A DNA stretch of 54,046 nt, counting the filler, from Basidiobolus ranarum (Eukaryota), in the NCBI GenBank assembly GCA_040143965.1. It is 4 parts of 4 records of this genome, joined end to end, with 100 filler letters (N's around TTAATTAATTAA, not from the genome) between each part and the next. Parts side by side here need not be neighbours in the genome. Positions count along the whole stretch, not along the records: positions 1 to 13,451 come from JASJQH010007356.1; 3 more parts are not named here. One strand, written 5' to 3'. The notes beneath the pieces are model-generated. The model ran no database searches and was not told where the DNA came from. It was given only the letters and a program-made list of their open reading frames with translations. The first letter of the stretch is position 1, and each line of letters starts with the position of its first letter. Shown here one piece after another: positions 1 through 11,345 of this stretch. The translations under genes and the position numbers were made by a program.

Positions 1-752
1 TCGAAGCATGGAGAGTACCTTTCTGCTTTGCCTTGACTGTATATCTCACATTCACCATATACGTAGCTGTCACTGAATATGCTGTCAACAAGTCTCTGCC
101 GACAAACTTCCCTCTCATTGTAAGTCCATATTCCCATTTTCTAGATAATTAAGCACTTCTAATCCATCGATGTGTTTAGATGATGAACCGTATAGTGGCC
201 TGCACGGCAATAAATATGTTTGCCATAACCAACTTGGCTGGATGTGTGGCGAATGTTGTTCAACTAATGAGGGGCACGGCCTCCAAGCCGTTTCCCAAAT
301 GGCTAGCTCATTGGCTTAATCATCGTAAAAATCTTGGTTTACTAGGCTTTGCAGGGATTATGATTCATGGTTGCATGGGGGCTATTGTTTCTTTCCATTC
401 CTTCGCAGAACACTTTAACTTTCAAGATCAAATCAGTTTGTTCTTCGCCAACATATCCATCCTGTTGTACGGTATTTTGTCGATATCCTCGCTACCCGGT
501 ATTTCGACAAGCCTAAGCTGGCGCGAATGGCGGTTTATTCAATCCCGCCTCGGTTGGTTAGCTCTTTGTATAGGCTTCACTCATGATTTACTGATGACCA
601 CCCCTTACTGGAAATACCTACTTAACGGCAAACCGCCATCCGTTGGCTTCATTAGTGCAATGTTGCCAGCCTTCACAATTACACTCAAAATTATTCTAAC
701 ATTACCCCCAGTAAGCTGGAGGCTTTCTCGTGTGTTACTGGGCAAAAAATGA
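1..752 (+). CDS. STEAP-family metalloreductase, transmembrane ferric-reductase domain (5'-truncated at contig start)
   Basis: Exon 3-119 (EAWRVPFCFALTVYL...FPLI), GT-AG intron 120-179, exon 180-752. STEAP-like motifs QLMRGTASKPFPKWLAHWLNHRKNLGLLGF and SLPGISTSLSWREWRFIQSRLG; two transmembrane His (IHG, THD) as candidate heme ligands. Confidence 0.85.
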
Positions 753-783
753 AAATTTACGAGCAAATACCTAGAATGGATCA

Positions 784-804
784 ATATATATATATATATA
801 TATA
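784..804. repeat. (AT)n microsatellite
   Basis: Run of atatatat... just 3' of the STEAP stop codon. Confidence 0.9.
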
Positions 805-1567
805 CACTAACACTAACCCTAAGACCCACTAAACCCAAATTTCGTAAACTATAAACATAAATTCCAATCTTGGTCATAACGCACAAGCCTCTATCTAGGT
901 AGATAATCTATATACACCATATTATATCTGCAATGGAATTTCCGATTGACCACACAAGCGTAAAGAACATCTTTGGAAAGATGGAAACAGATTGACGGCA
1001 TACATATTTGAGCTGCTTTGCTCGGTAAAAGAACTTTCTAACGAATCCTATTCGCTTGCGCTAGGAATCAAGAATCACCAAATCAATCTTGAATATCCGA
1101 CGTTTCGCTGTACAGCTGAGACTGTCTAGATTTGATACCAGGAACCAATAAATGTCCGTCAATATGAGCATATATCATTGGGATTTTTTGAATCCTCAGG
1201 ATATTGTTATCACTGATACTTTTGGTTTCGAATCGTGACGTGTCATCCTTAATCGCTCAATCAAGATTGCTAAACGCGCATTCATCCAATTTGTAACTCA
1301 ACTCCCTTTTTAGAACTCTCTTTTAGAAGTAATTTTCGTTGAATCTTGAAATCCATCCGTGTACCTGGGTTGTTACTTGACTTTTATATCTGTTGTCGCG
1401 ATTGTTAGCTCCTCTTGTTCACTTAATTATCTCTTTGAAGTTCAGTGCATTAAACCACGAAATAATGCAAAATCTTCAAAATAATTATTACATTTGATAT
1501 ACTATTGTTTACTTGAACTGGCTGACTTTTCACCTATAATCCAAAATCTAGCTTTCTTCTTTCCTAA

Positions 1568-4500
1568 ATGCACTACAATCAGGCCCCAAACAGGCCTCTC
1601 GCTTTTAGATCTGCGAGATCTACTTCGTACGACCATACAGCACTTTCTAATGATAATAATGAACTAAACGAGCAACCGACTGCCTTCAATTCTTCTTTAT
1701 CCACACTTACGCTCACATCACCCGTGGGTTTGAACGAGACACCTGGTGACATGGAACCTAAAGATTCTATGGCTTTCAATGAGCAATATACTCCTCCCAT
1801 ATCTCCTACAGATCCAGCTTTTCATCAGTTTTTTTTAAGAAAACTCAGCTTTAGACCTAGTGAAGTGAAGGTGTTAATATATGATGAAGACATTTTACAC
1901 GGGCGTCTAGTAAGACAACATTTGAGGAAGATAGGTTATCTAGGTATGATACGTGTTTAAGGTGGATTTAGGAATTCAACAACTAAACTTACTCTTATGG
2001 TAGTTGATTTGGTCGCGGACAAAAATTCTGCTTTAGCAATCCTACGGAGATCTTGTTCAGATTCTTCAGTAAGTTTTCATTCTTGGTGAATATCTAGTTT
2101 ATATATGCTTATATAGTGCCTACATAGATTGAGAACCAATCTACATCGTGTTATCAACTGGTTATTGTTAGTATCACCTGTGAAAACTCCGACGGCTTCA
2201 ACGAGGGACTTGAGGTTCTTCAACTAGTGCGCTCCAGTGAAACACTTAAAGATCTTCCCGTGATTAGTAAGTTTTCTCCCAGTATATTATATCTCCAACA
2301 CTTCTAACCATAAATTTAAAGTGATGGCCGATCCTGAGCAACTCGAACTTGCTTGCAATTGTCTACAACTAGGAGCAGATGACTATGTTTTAAAACCTGT
2401 TAGACTGGAAACTGTGAAAACTGTCTGGAGAAGTGTATGGCGAAAACGTAAAGAACACAAGGTAACACCAACTATCAAGATTATCCTAAATGTACATCTA
2501 TTCTGAATGATTATTTACTACAGGTTATGTTGATGCTTGAAGAAGAGCGCAATAAAAGAAGATCACTTCAGCTTGCAGTTGATAAGCTACAAGATCAGAT
2601 GTTACAAGCAATAGAGACACCCATTAATCTGATTACAAGAACCGTGACTGACTTATTGCAAAGCACTGGGATGTCTGACGAGGCCAAGTATGTCAATATA
2701 ACAATATCGAGCCCTTAATACAATTCTTACTAATTGATTTATGTAGAAATACGCTTGCCACTATCTTATCTTCCTTGAAGTCTACCAATTTATATCGACC
2801 AGCCTTTGAAAAACTTTTACATAATAAACATCTAGATGCTGAGACCCGAAACTGGCTATCAACGGAGGTAATTAAAGACGCTCTACTGTCCACCCCACCA
2901 GATGGAGTACTCCTGGAGCGATCTCGGTATTCGTATCCTTCACGACATCGTAGAGCATCATCTTTCGAAGGATCAATCAACTCTGCTTTTAGCGATAGCA
3001 TCTGGCCCTCAGAAATGTGGGATCGTAATCGGGCGAATGAGCCTGAGGACTCTGCAGATTACAAAAATATGAGAAATGGAACGTATTACCATTGCTTAAA
3101 TCAACGCCGTAACTCGGATACTCAGCAGCTAACACGGTTTGCAAATGGATTCAGATCACGAAGACAAAGAATACATAGTATACATGAACAGGCGTCGAAT
3201 GAAGAGCCATTCGGACCTGAGGGGCCTTCATTGAACTGTTTTCTGGAACTATCTGACATTAAGAATGAGGATGCTGTTAATAGTGACAATCTCAGCACCG
3301 GCTTCAAACGTGATTATACTTACGACAAGCCTCTGGAAAACATTCCTGAATGTTGCCTCGATGGAGATGAAGATGGCGATTCACTCGTTGCCGATGAAAT
3401 TGTGACCAAGCAACCCCCAGTTACTAATGATGGAGAGCTGGCCTCTGTCGATCAGTCAGAGCCTTCTCTTGATGCCGCAGACTCGCACGAATACCCAAGT
3501 TCGAATCGCAACGGGCTCCAATTATCAACTACTGTTGATCGAAAGAATGGATTAGAAGCAATTAGTACAGTGCCACCCACTCCAACTTCTGAGTGCAGTT
3601 ATCCAGAGCCACCCCCTAGCCCTATGACTATCGTTCCACAACCTCAGAGAGCGGTTGTACTCAACTCGTGGGGATTTGATGTCTGGTCGTACACTGAAAT
3701 GGAACTTTTACCGTTCCTAGTTGACATGTTTAATGAGCTTGGATTTATCGAGCATTATAACATATCATTAGAGACACTTACGTGCTTCTTTCATGCAGTC
3801 AAGGATGGGTACAACACCTCACACAACCCGTACCACAACTTCCGACATGCTTTTGACGTCACACAAGCTGGATTCTTATTTTTACGTGAAGCATGTGATC
3901 TCGATTTCAATGGAACTTCGCAAGCAGGTGAAACTAAATTATCTTCCAAAATGGAAAATCAGGAGCCACCAAAATCTCCACCTTTAGACGCTACACCTGT
4001 GGTAGAAGCGGCCAAGCAATCGTGTGACTCCACTGCAGACAATGTAGAAAGCAGCAGTCAGGAATGCTCTGACCCATCCCAGAAGGTGGATGACACTCAT
4101 TGTGCGTTTACTATGAATGAGAAATTTGCATTTATAATTGCATGTCTCTGTCATGATCTATCACATGATGGACACACCAACAATTTCCATGTAGCAACCA
4201 ATTCGGAGCTAGCAATTCTTTACAACGACTGTTCGGTTCTAGAGAATTTCCATGCACACCAAACGTTTGTCTTATTACGTAGTCTGCCAGAAGCCAATAT
4301 ATTCAGCAACCTATCAGCCTCGGTGGTCGCCGAGCTACGTTCTATCATCATCAAATGTATACTGGCCACCGATATGGGTAAGCATATGGAAGTGATGGCG
4401 AATTTCAACGAATGCGTCACTTCCGGATGGCGATGGGACGACAGGAGCCACCGACTTCGATTACTAGAAATGCTTATGAAGTGTGCAGACATCAGCAACA

Positions 4501-4869
4501 CTGCTAGACCCCTCCATCTGGCCCGTGTGTGGTCTGATCTTATCCAGGAAGAAATGTTCAATCAGGTAATGTATTTCGAATATTCTCCATGCATTTGGTA
4601 ATATATGACCAACTCTCTTGCACTTGTCATTACAGGGTGATCAAGAAAAAGACATTCAACTTCCAGTCTCTGCCTTCGGAGATCGTGATAACCCGCAGCA
4701 ACCACGACTGGCAATCACATTTGCTGATTTCGTGGTTACACCTCTATTTAAGGCGATATCCGGTATTCTTCCTTCGATACTGGTTCATGTGAGAAGCTGC
4801 AGTGCCACTCGAGAATATTGGAGTGTGTATATGAATTCTGGAAGAGATAAATCTAGCGCATCAACATGA
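1568..4869 (+). CDS. RegA-like receiver-domain / class I cyclic-nucleotide phosphodiesterase fusion (7 exons)
   Basis: Introns 1944-2003, 2069-2127, 2267-2321, 2462-2523, 2688-2746 and 4566-4635 give one open frame. Receiver: KVLIYDED...YQLVIVSI...EGLEVLQLVR...DLPVIMM...GADDYVLKP. Coiled-coil linker. PDE motifs YHNFRHAFDV, CHDLSHDG, VLENFH, LATDMGKH, KCADISN, EEMFNQGD. Confidence 0.9.
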
Positions 4870-5266
4870 TTACTTAGGAATTCTTAAATCTCTGGCTTTA
4901 AATGGAATTTCGTTTTCATTTTTTTATTATCTCTGTTTTTGTATATAATTTTTGAAAACCGATTGGAGCACAACTTAGAGGGTGAGTTATGATATTCAAT
5001 GCGAGATATTACTATTCACTACGGCAATTATAAGCATAAATAAAATTACCGATTAAATGCTCTTCCACTATTGGAGTGTGCCTTCTCCGTTAATTTGTTC
5101 CCCACGAGAAGTGCTCGCATTCAGTATAACCTTTTATAAATTCAACTTGGATCTCGTCAAGTCATGGAGGTCAATCTGGTTGGCCCTGAAATATGCATAG
5201 ATAAGATATATGATAGGATCTAGATGTAGTAGAGGAGAGGATATGTACATAAGAATCTCTAAATTA

Positions 5267-7261
5267 CTAAGGGTGGTACACTTCGGAAGCTGTAACCGGT
5301 ACACTTAACGAAAGTACTTCTTTTTTAAGTGAAGTGAACAACTGCTCTGGAAGAAGGTACAACGTTTGTTTTGAACTTGGTTGCTTTTCTTCCAGAGTTT
5401 TGACAGAAGACAAAGCTATAAATAGCTTCGACATCTCATCTTGACTAGCTAAATGAACTAGTTCTACCTCTCCAGTTTTGTATGTCAAATGACTCGTCTT
5501 GAGCGACTCTAAAGAGCAGTCTAAATTACGGAACTTTTCAATCACCAACTGACGGAGGTCTTGATATAGAATATTTTCATGAAGGTTGAGGTTCATAGAG
5601 TTGTCAGAGTCTAGAACGATTTTAAGTATTTTCTGTTCAGTAACAGCATTATCTAATTGATATGAGTCTGACTCCTCTGGCAGTGAAGGTGACTCTGTAG
5701 GGCTGGTTTTTTCAAGTTTGCCTTTCCTTCTACCTTGTCTATCTGAGTGGCGGACTCTACGTGCTCTATAGCTTCCAGACAAAGTTTTTGCTTTGGTTGT
5801 AACGGAATTTCTATTTGAGGTGGTTAACTCATTTTTTCTAAAGTTCGCTAGAGTATTTTGTTTTTGAAGGGAGACCAAAGCAGTTTGACGACGACTAGAG
5901 GCTCTCTGTAGTTCGTGAGATTCTCTACGTTGGGAGGGTTTTTCATTTTGTTCTACGGTAGACTTATTAGAATGATGGGTACCCTGCCTTTTCAAAAAAG
6001 ATTCTTGAATCTCTATCACTTCTCTCATCCAAAAGAACTCCTCCAAAAGGTTATTTGAGGGCAAATAAAAGGTGAATTTATCAGTATTATCCACTATGAT
6101 CTTACGCAAGTCTTCATTGGTAGCCACTATGACGACTTTATTATCCCGTTTGTAGCAAAGGACAATCATCTCTTCCCTATCATACTCGGTGATTCCACTT
6201 TTGTTGAACTTAGCAAAGACTCGCTGTCGTAGTTCGTCGAGTTGAATATTTCGTGGTAGCAAAAAGTTGATGATATGTTCAGAGTTGAAGATCACTTTCG
6301 CCCGAATGAAAGGAGATACAAAGTGCATACTTCTTTTGGCACCCAAGGTGTAAGTGTGGGATCTAGCGAGTGATTGTCGTTTATCTTCCAATGCAAGCAT
6401 CTCTTTAGGAGTAAGATGACGTATATTCCATGGGGCCACCTTTAAAGAAGGAGTTTTCCTTAGATTATTCCACGGTGTAGACATAGTGTAGTGACTTTGC
6501 AAACTGTTTGCTAAACATGTTTTGGCACGCTGAACAGAAGCATCTGAGTTTACCATCCGCTCAGAATTTTGCCTCGATTCCAGTCGAGGTCTATTCTGTT
6601 CAGGCAGTTGTTGTTGCTGTTGCTGTTGCTGATATTGGTGTTGTTGTAAATAAGATTTCTTTCTTTCTTGACAGCGTTGTTTGTGTGGATGGTTTCTAAT
6701 ATGAGGACGTTGGTTTGACAAATCTTGGTTCAGTTTGTTGCTTGAGATCAACGGAGCGGTAGTGATTTTTTTGGCTTCAGGACTTAGCTCTCTACCCAAG
6801 TAATCGATTTTATGAGAGAAAGTAGTTTCATTAAATCCATTTTCCTTCAAATCTCCCTTCCACAAACCCAAGAATTCGGCGAAACAAAGGGAAGATCTTA
6901 CTTTCAAGGGTAATTGAAAGATTTTGGTTAAGAATCCATTTAGATCTTCTTTTCTACGTTCAGCGTACAACATCTTAGAGAACAGTAATCTTTTTCGGGT
7001 TTTCAATTTGGGTACTTGGCAGTTGGAGTTATTACATTCTACTGTGATGTAGTTGGCGAAGTATTGAAAGTGTTCGAATCTTCTAAAGATTTTGTAAGAT
7101 CCCTCCAGGTAGTGATAGTCCTCTTTCGTATCTTCTGGAAATGGGACCACGGTCATAACGAACCAGCACGTTTCTCTACGTAAGTCCAATCCTGTAATTT
7201 GAGCGCTTGCCAGTAGTGGTGCATGCTTGACAATAGGGGATGTGATATGAACTGCTGCCAT
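5267..7261 (-). CDS. PX-domain protein with two probable PB1 domains and a polyQ linker
   Basis: 664-aa intronless ORF. PX-like YKIFRRFEHF...PKL...ERRKEDLNGFL; PB1-like FIRAKVIF...LCYKRD...VATNEDL and ILKIVL...LTYKTGE...LASQDEM; (CAG/CAA)n near 6605-6645. Confidence 0.65.
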   Translation of the reverse strand: MAAVHITSPIVKHAPLLASAQITGLDLRRETCWFVMTVVPFPEDTKEDYHYLEGSYKIFRRFEHFQYFANYITVECNNSNCQVPKLKTRKRLLFSKMLYAERRKEDLNGFLTKIFQLPLKVRSSLCFAEFLGLWKGDLKENGFNETTFSHKIDYLGRELSPEAKKITTAPLISSNKLNQDLSNQRPHIRNHPHKQRCQERKKSYLQQHQYQQQQQQQQLPEQNRPRLESRQNSERMVNSDASVQRAKTCLANSLQSHYTMSTPWNNLRKTPSLKVAPWNIRHLTPKEMLALEDKRQSLARSHTYTLGAKRSMHFVSPFIRAKVIFNSEHIINFLLPRNIQLDELRQRVFAKFNKSGITEYDREEMIVLCYKRDNKVVIVATNEDLRKIIVDNTDKFTFYLPSNNLLEEFFWMREVIEIQESFLKRQGTHHSNKSTVEQNEKPSQRRESHELQRASSRRQTALVSLQKQNTLANFRKNELTTSNRNSVTTKAKTLSGSYRARRVRHSDRQGRRKGKLEKTSPTESPSLPEESDSYQLDNAVTEQKILKIVLDSDNSMNLNLHENILYQDLRQLVIEKFRNLDCSLESLKTSHLTYKTGEVELVHLASQDEMSKLFIALSSVKTLEEKQPSSKQTLYLLPEQLFTSLKKEVLSLSVPVTASEVYHP

Positions 7262-7522
7262 AACGAAAGTACGTCAAGTAATTTGAATAGGGACCGGTTC
7301 ACTTGCTAAAGCGATGAATGCGATCGGTTCGAAGAGTTTTCAGATCAAGAGAGAGGGTGTTAAGAGGAATTCCTGGCAGGAATGGAGCGTATATATATGA
7401 CATACAAATGCATGCTTATGTCTTTCCATACGCCTCTTTGTATGCCACTTTACAGTAGAATCATGGTAACAATTGAGCTACTGGCACTTCTATTCACTTG
7501 CAATCCACACTTGAGCTCATCA

Positions 7523-7574
7523 ATGGATTGATTCGAGGGATTGATTCGATGGATTGATTCGATGGATTGATTCA
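7523..7574. repeat. 4 x 13-nt tandem repeat (ATGGATTGATTCG)
   Basis: Units at 7523, 7536 (agggattgattcg), 7549 and 7562 (atggattgattca). Confidence 0.9.
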
Positions 7575-8259
7575 ATTTTGTGGTAATAAAATACGGAGGA
7601 TACTCCAGAGGATATATTCCTTCAATAGCTACCATTTTGAAATGTTCAATTCCTCAGCTGCCTGGCTCCATGCAGCCTAAATGCCCGACTACTTCTAGAT
7701 CTATAGAGAACTTTCGCTGCTGGACACTTCATTTACAATCGGTGCATTCCCCAAAGCCGCGTAAGAAATGCTGATGGAAATTCTCGAGACAGGCCCCAGT
7801 TTTCATTACAGTGGAAAATCACCCTCTTGTTCCCAATAAGGGATAAAGTAAGCATTTCAAATTGTTTGTTAATAGACTTTTGATGTTCTGCTTAGACAGA
7901 CACGAATTTAACTTGGTACCTGGTGAAACCTAAGGAGATCCCCCTTTTTTGAATCTTCTTTTAGTCGATAGGAATGTGGTTGGTGGCAACCATTCAGGCA
8001 ATTAATTTCATGTTACCTCAATGTCGTCACGTAATTTGGACAAAAAGAAAAATAAACTAATGCCTATGCGAACTTAAGAAGAGAGCTCAGGTAGTACAAA
8101 TATTTATTGTTGTAACCGAATATACTTCCTCTAGAACATTAAATCTTCGATTCATCTCCGCCAAGAATCTTTATAAATAAGTGAAGCTTTGGTAAGGAAA
8201 TGTCTATAACAACCTTTTTGTGCAGGTTCACTACTTTTTTTCTCTTATTACTGCTTTAT

Positions 8260-9075
8260 ATGTTCGGAAAGCAATATCTCACCGTAGCTTTATTAGCTTT
8301 GGCTTGTATTGGAAATGTCGAGGGCCACTCCTATCTTACCAACCCCGCTCCACGCGTTGATCGCGGTCAGTGCCGTTTGGATGGTAAGACTTTCACCGGT
8401 TCCAATCCTAAGATTTGCCAAGGGCCCTGCGAGTCCACAGAAGTGATCCCACTCAACAAACGTAAAGTTTACAAGAGAGGGGAAGATATCAATATTACTT
8501 GGGCCAGAAACAATCATCCAGGTGGTTTCGTTCGTTTAGCATTTGCACCAACCAAGAAATCCGGTAGTACCAGTGAATTTGAGAAGAATATTCACAAGTA
8601 TTCTTGTTACGAGGCAGGAGTTGGATGTCACGGTCAAGGTAAATCCAACCTTGATAAATTGGGTAATCGTGGTAAGGGGTGTAATACTGCCATCAAGATT
8701 CCCAAATGGTTAGATGATGGTGAGTGGACATTACAATGGTCTTGGTATGGTTCTATGCAAGGCCATGGTGATTTCTATTCTTGTTCCGATATTATCGTTA
8801 AAGGTGGCTCCAAAGGTAGCAAACAACCAGCAGCATTTGAAGGTGGCGATTCTCGTAACCCTAACAAGCAAGTATGCGCCATTGGTTGGGGTGATCGTCT
8901 TGGTGTTTGCAAGTGGAACAGATGTTGGGATGTTAAGAATAAGAACGCCCGTAAACCATTCGAAAAGAAGGGTTGGAATACCAATGTGGTCATTAACACC
9001 GTTCCTTACAGTAAAACTGCTCTCAAGATGTTACCCGCTCGCAACCCCAAGTCTAGTAAATCTACTCCTTGGTAA
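8260..9075 (+). CDS. Secreted lytic polysaccharide monooxygenase-like protein
   Basis: The ATG at 8260 gives signal peptide MFGKQYLTVALLALACIGNVEG followed by His1 (HSYLTNPAPR). Second His in NNHPGG; WTLQWSW...FYSCSDI; Cys/Lys-rich C-terminal module. Confidence 0.75.
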   Translation: MFGKQYLTVALLALACIGNVEGHSYLTNPAPRVDRGQCRLDGKTFTGSNPKICQGPCESTEVIPLNKRKVYKRGEDINITWARNNHPGGFVRLAFAPTKKSGSTSEFEKNIHKYSCYEAGVGCHGQGKSNLDKLGNRGKGCNTAIKIPKWLDDGEWTLQWSWYGSMQGHGDFYSCSDIIVKGGSKGSKQPAAFEGGDSRNPNKQVCAIGWGDRLGVCKWNRCWDVKNKNARKPFEKKGWNTNVVINTVPYSKTALKMLPARNPKSSKSTPW

Positions 9076-9400
9076 ATTTCATTCTCTTCAATGTCATTTT
9101 AGGATATGTATTGAATAAAGTTGAATAATTTAATCAATTTTAAGTATTTTCCTTGGTAAATTCGTATTTATGCACTATTTTTGGGTACAAGTGTAATATA
9201 GTCTCTCAGTTGGTGTCAGCCTCTTAACACTTAATATTCTTATGCAGCGGATAATATCACAAGCGATTGGTTCACTTTTATTATAAATCAGCATCAAAGA
9301 AAAGATTCATATGCAGATCATTTCAAGATTATATAGTAAATGAGTATATTGATTTTTAAAGCCTGCGGACTTAGCCCTAACCCGAATCTGACATATGAAC

Positions 9401-10703
9401 TTAAATGTTTCCATCATGATCAACCGATATATCTTCAAATAATGACAGCGCCTCTTCCAAGATACGGTATGAATTTTCTTTTCCAGAAGTACCATCGGAC
9501 GAATCACCAGCCGCTCTAATACCCAACACTTTTCTACCTAAGATGTTAATATTCAAGTTACGGATTTCTTGTGACCATTCCTCTCTAGGTTTGGCTCCTA
9601 CTCCCCACCTGCCGGTTCCGTCCACAACCAGTCCTCCAGATTCTTGAAGAATTATCATGGCCGCTGCGATATCCCAAACGTGAACACCAATTTCCCAATA
9701 AATATCAGAACCACCTCTTGCTAGCATGCATAAATTAAGTGCAGCAGAACCAGTAGATCTAATTCCACGAACATGGCCACCAGCGGGGACACTACTATTT
9801 GCTGATGCCATACGATGGATCGAGGACACCTTAGAGTTAATCACCGAAGGATTACGATCAGCACCATACTCGGTCACAAAGAGACAGTGGGCAAGGTCAG
9901 GGAGAGGTGGGGGATTGGGGTGAGTAAGTGGTAAGGTAGCACCGTTAAGTTGAGCGCCATATCCCTTAGCTCCAGTGTAAAGCTTAAATAAAAATTTCAA
10001 GAATTAGTTGAACGTATATAATCCCATGATATTTTTCAAACTTTTACCTCGTCAAGAATTGGATTATAGACTACACCAACCACTGGCTCTTTGTTAATGG
10101 CCAAACCGATGCTTACAGCAACAAAAGGAAAACTATCAATATATTAGTTAGCTATGGTGAGTAAAGTGTAGGTCAAATACAATAAAACCCCCATTACCCG
10201 TGAACAAAGTTGGTAGTTCCATCTAAAAGATTATCAAATAATAGTAAAGGTAAGTTATTAACAATAAAGAACAATAAGAGCTCCAAGGCTCTTACCAATA
10301 GGGTCTACAATCCAAGTAGGTTCGTCGGTAAGCTTCCAAGCCTCACCACTAGCCGTAGTTTCCTCCCCAACAAACCTAAACCAGACGAGATGGTTAACAA
10401 TGTAAGGAAAAATAAAGAGAAACTGAGAGAAAAATGAAAGCTGAAGTACTTATGGTGTGGGTATTTTTCCTTTAGTTTTCCAAACACCAATTTCTCCACT
10501 AACTGGTCGGTGGCGGTGACAAGGTCAGTTGGGTTTTCGTCCTTAATGTGAAGACTTGTACTTTTACTATAAAATACATCCTTGATGATGGCACCAGCCT
10601 CACGAGCTACTAGTACTGCATATTCTAAGAAAGGGATTATTTCTTCAACGGAGGTTGGCTGACTCATCTCGATGGATACAGTTGAGTTGGACTCTAAACT
10701 CAT
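9401..10703 (-). CDS. Inositol monophosphatase (multi-exon)
   Basis: [31 protein letters not shown] and WDIAAA motifs across exons with GT-AG introns. Confidence 0.9.
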
Positions 10704-11345
10704 AAAAGTTTGTGTGAAATAGGGATTTATCGGGATTAATTCATAAATTTCTAGCGCTGGATGGTCATGCGATTATGATGAAGTACTGATCAGAATAAGC
10801 ATCGAAATGACCCGACAAGAATAGGCATATAAATCAAGGCTTGTTTTAGTAACAAATTGGAGCAAGATACCTGACATTTATATGAAATATACTTGGCTCT
10901 TGACTCGCACTCCCGCTCAATTATTGATGCATCTTGTAAGTCGAGTAACGCAGACCCACATGGAAATCAGCTGCATGAATGAAGTGAGAGGAAAGCAAGA
11001 GCAATCATTTGGACTTATACCTCCGAAGATTTGCTAGAGATTATGAGCCACCTGAGACTGAGTTACCAGATTTGTGCTAGTGCCGAGACAACAGCAATTA
11101 ACCTGATGGTGTTAAAACCATTCGGAGGATTCCGGATTTTGATACTTCAATATCTATATTAAATATCGACATGTCAATTTCTCACGTACATCTCTGTATC
11201 CAAATTAGGAAGTGCAATAATCGTTTAATGAAAATATCAAATGATTTTACTTCTAGTTACCGATTTCACCCATCAATATTTTTATCACGGCCTTGATCAA
11301 GGTGAATTCTTTCCGTTTTCTGGTCTTTACACTCCAACTCCAATC

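Noticed and set aside
1-7261. STEAP + RegA-like PDE + PX-PB1 as a redox-signalling gene cluster
   Set aside because: Only adjacency supports it; eukaryotic neighbours are usually unrelated and no shared regulatory signal is visible.
7523-7574. Tandem repeat as a CRISPR array
   Set aside because: No spacers, 13-nt units, eukaryotic context and no cas genes.
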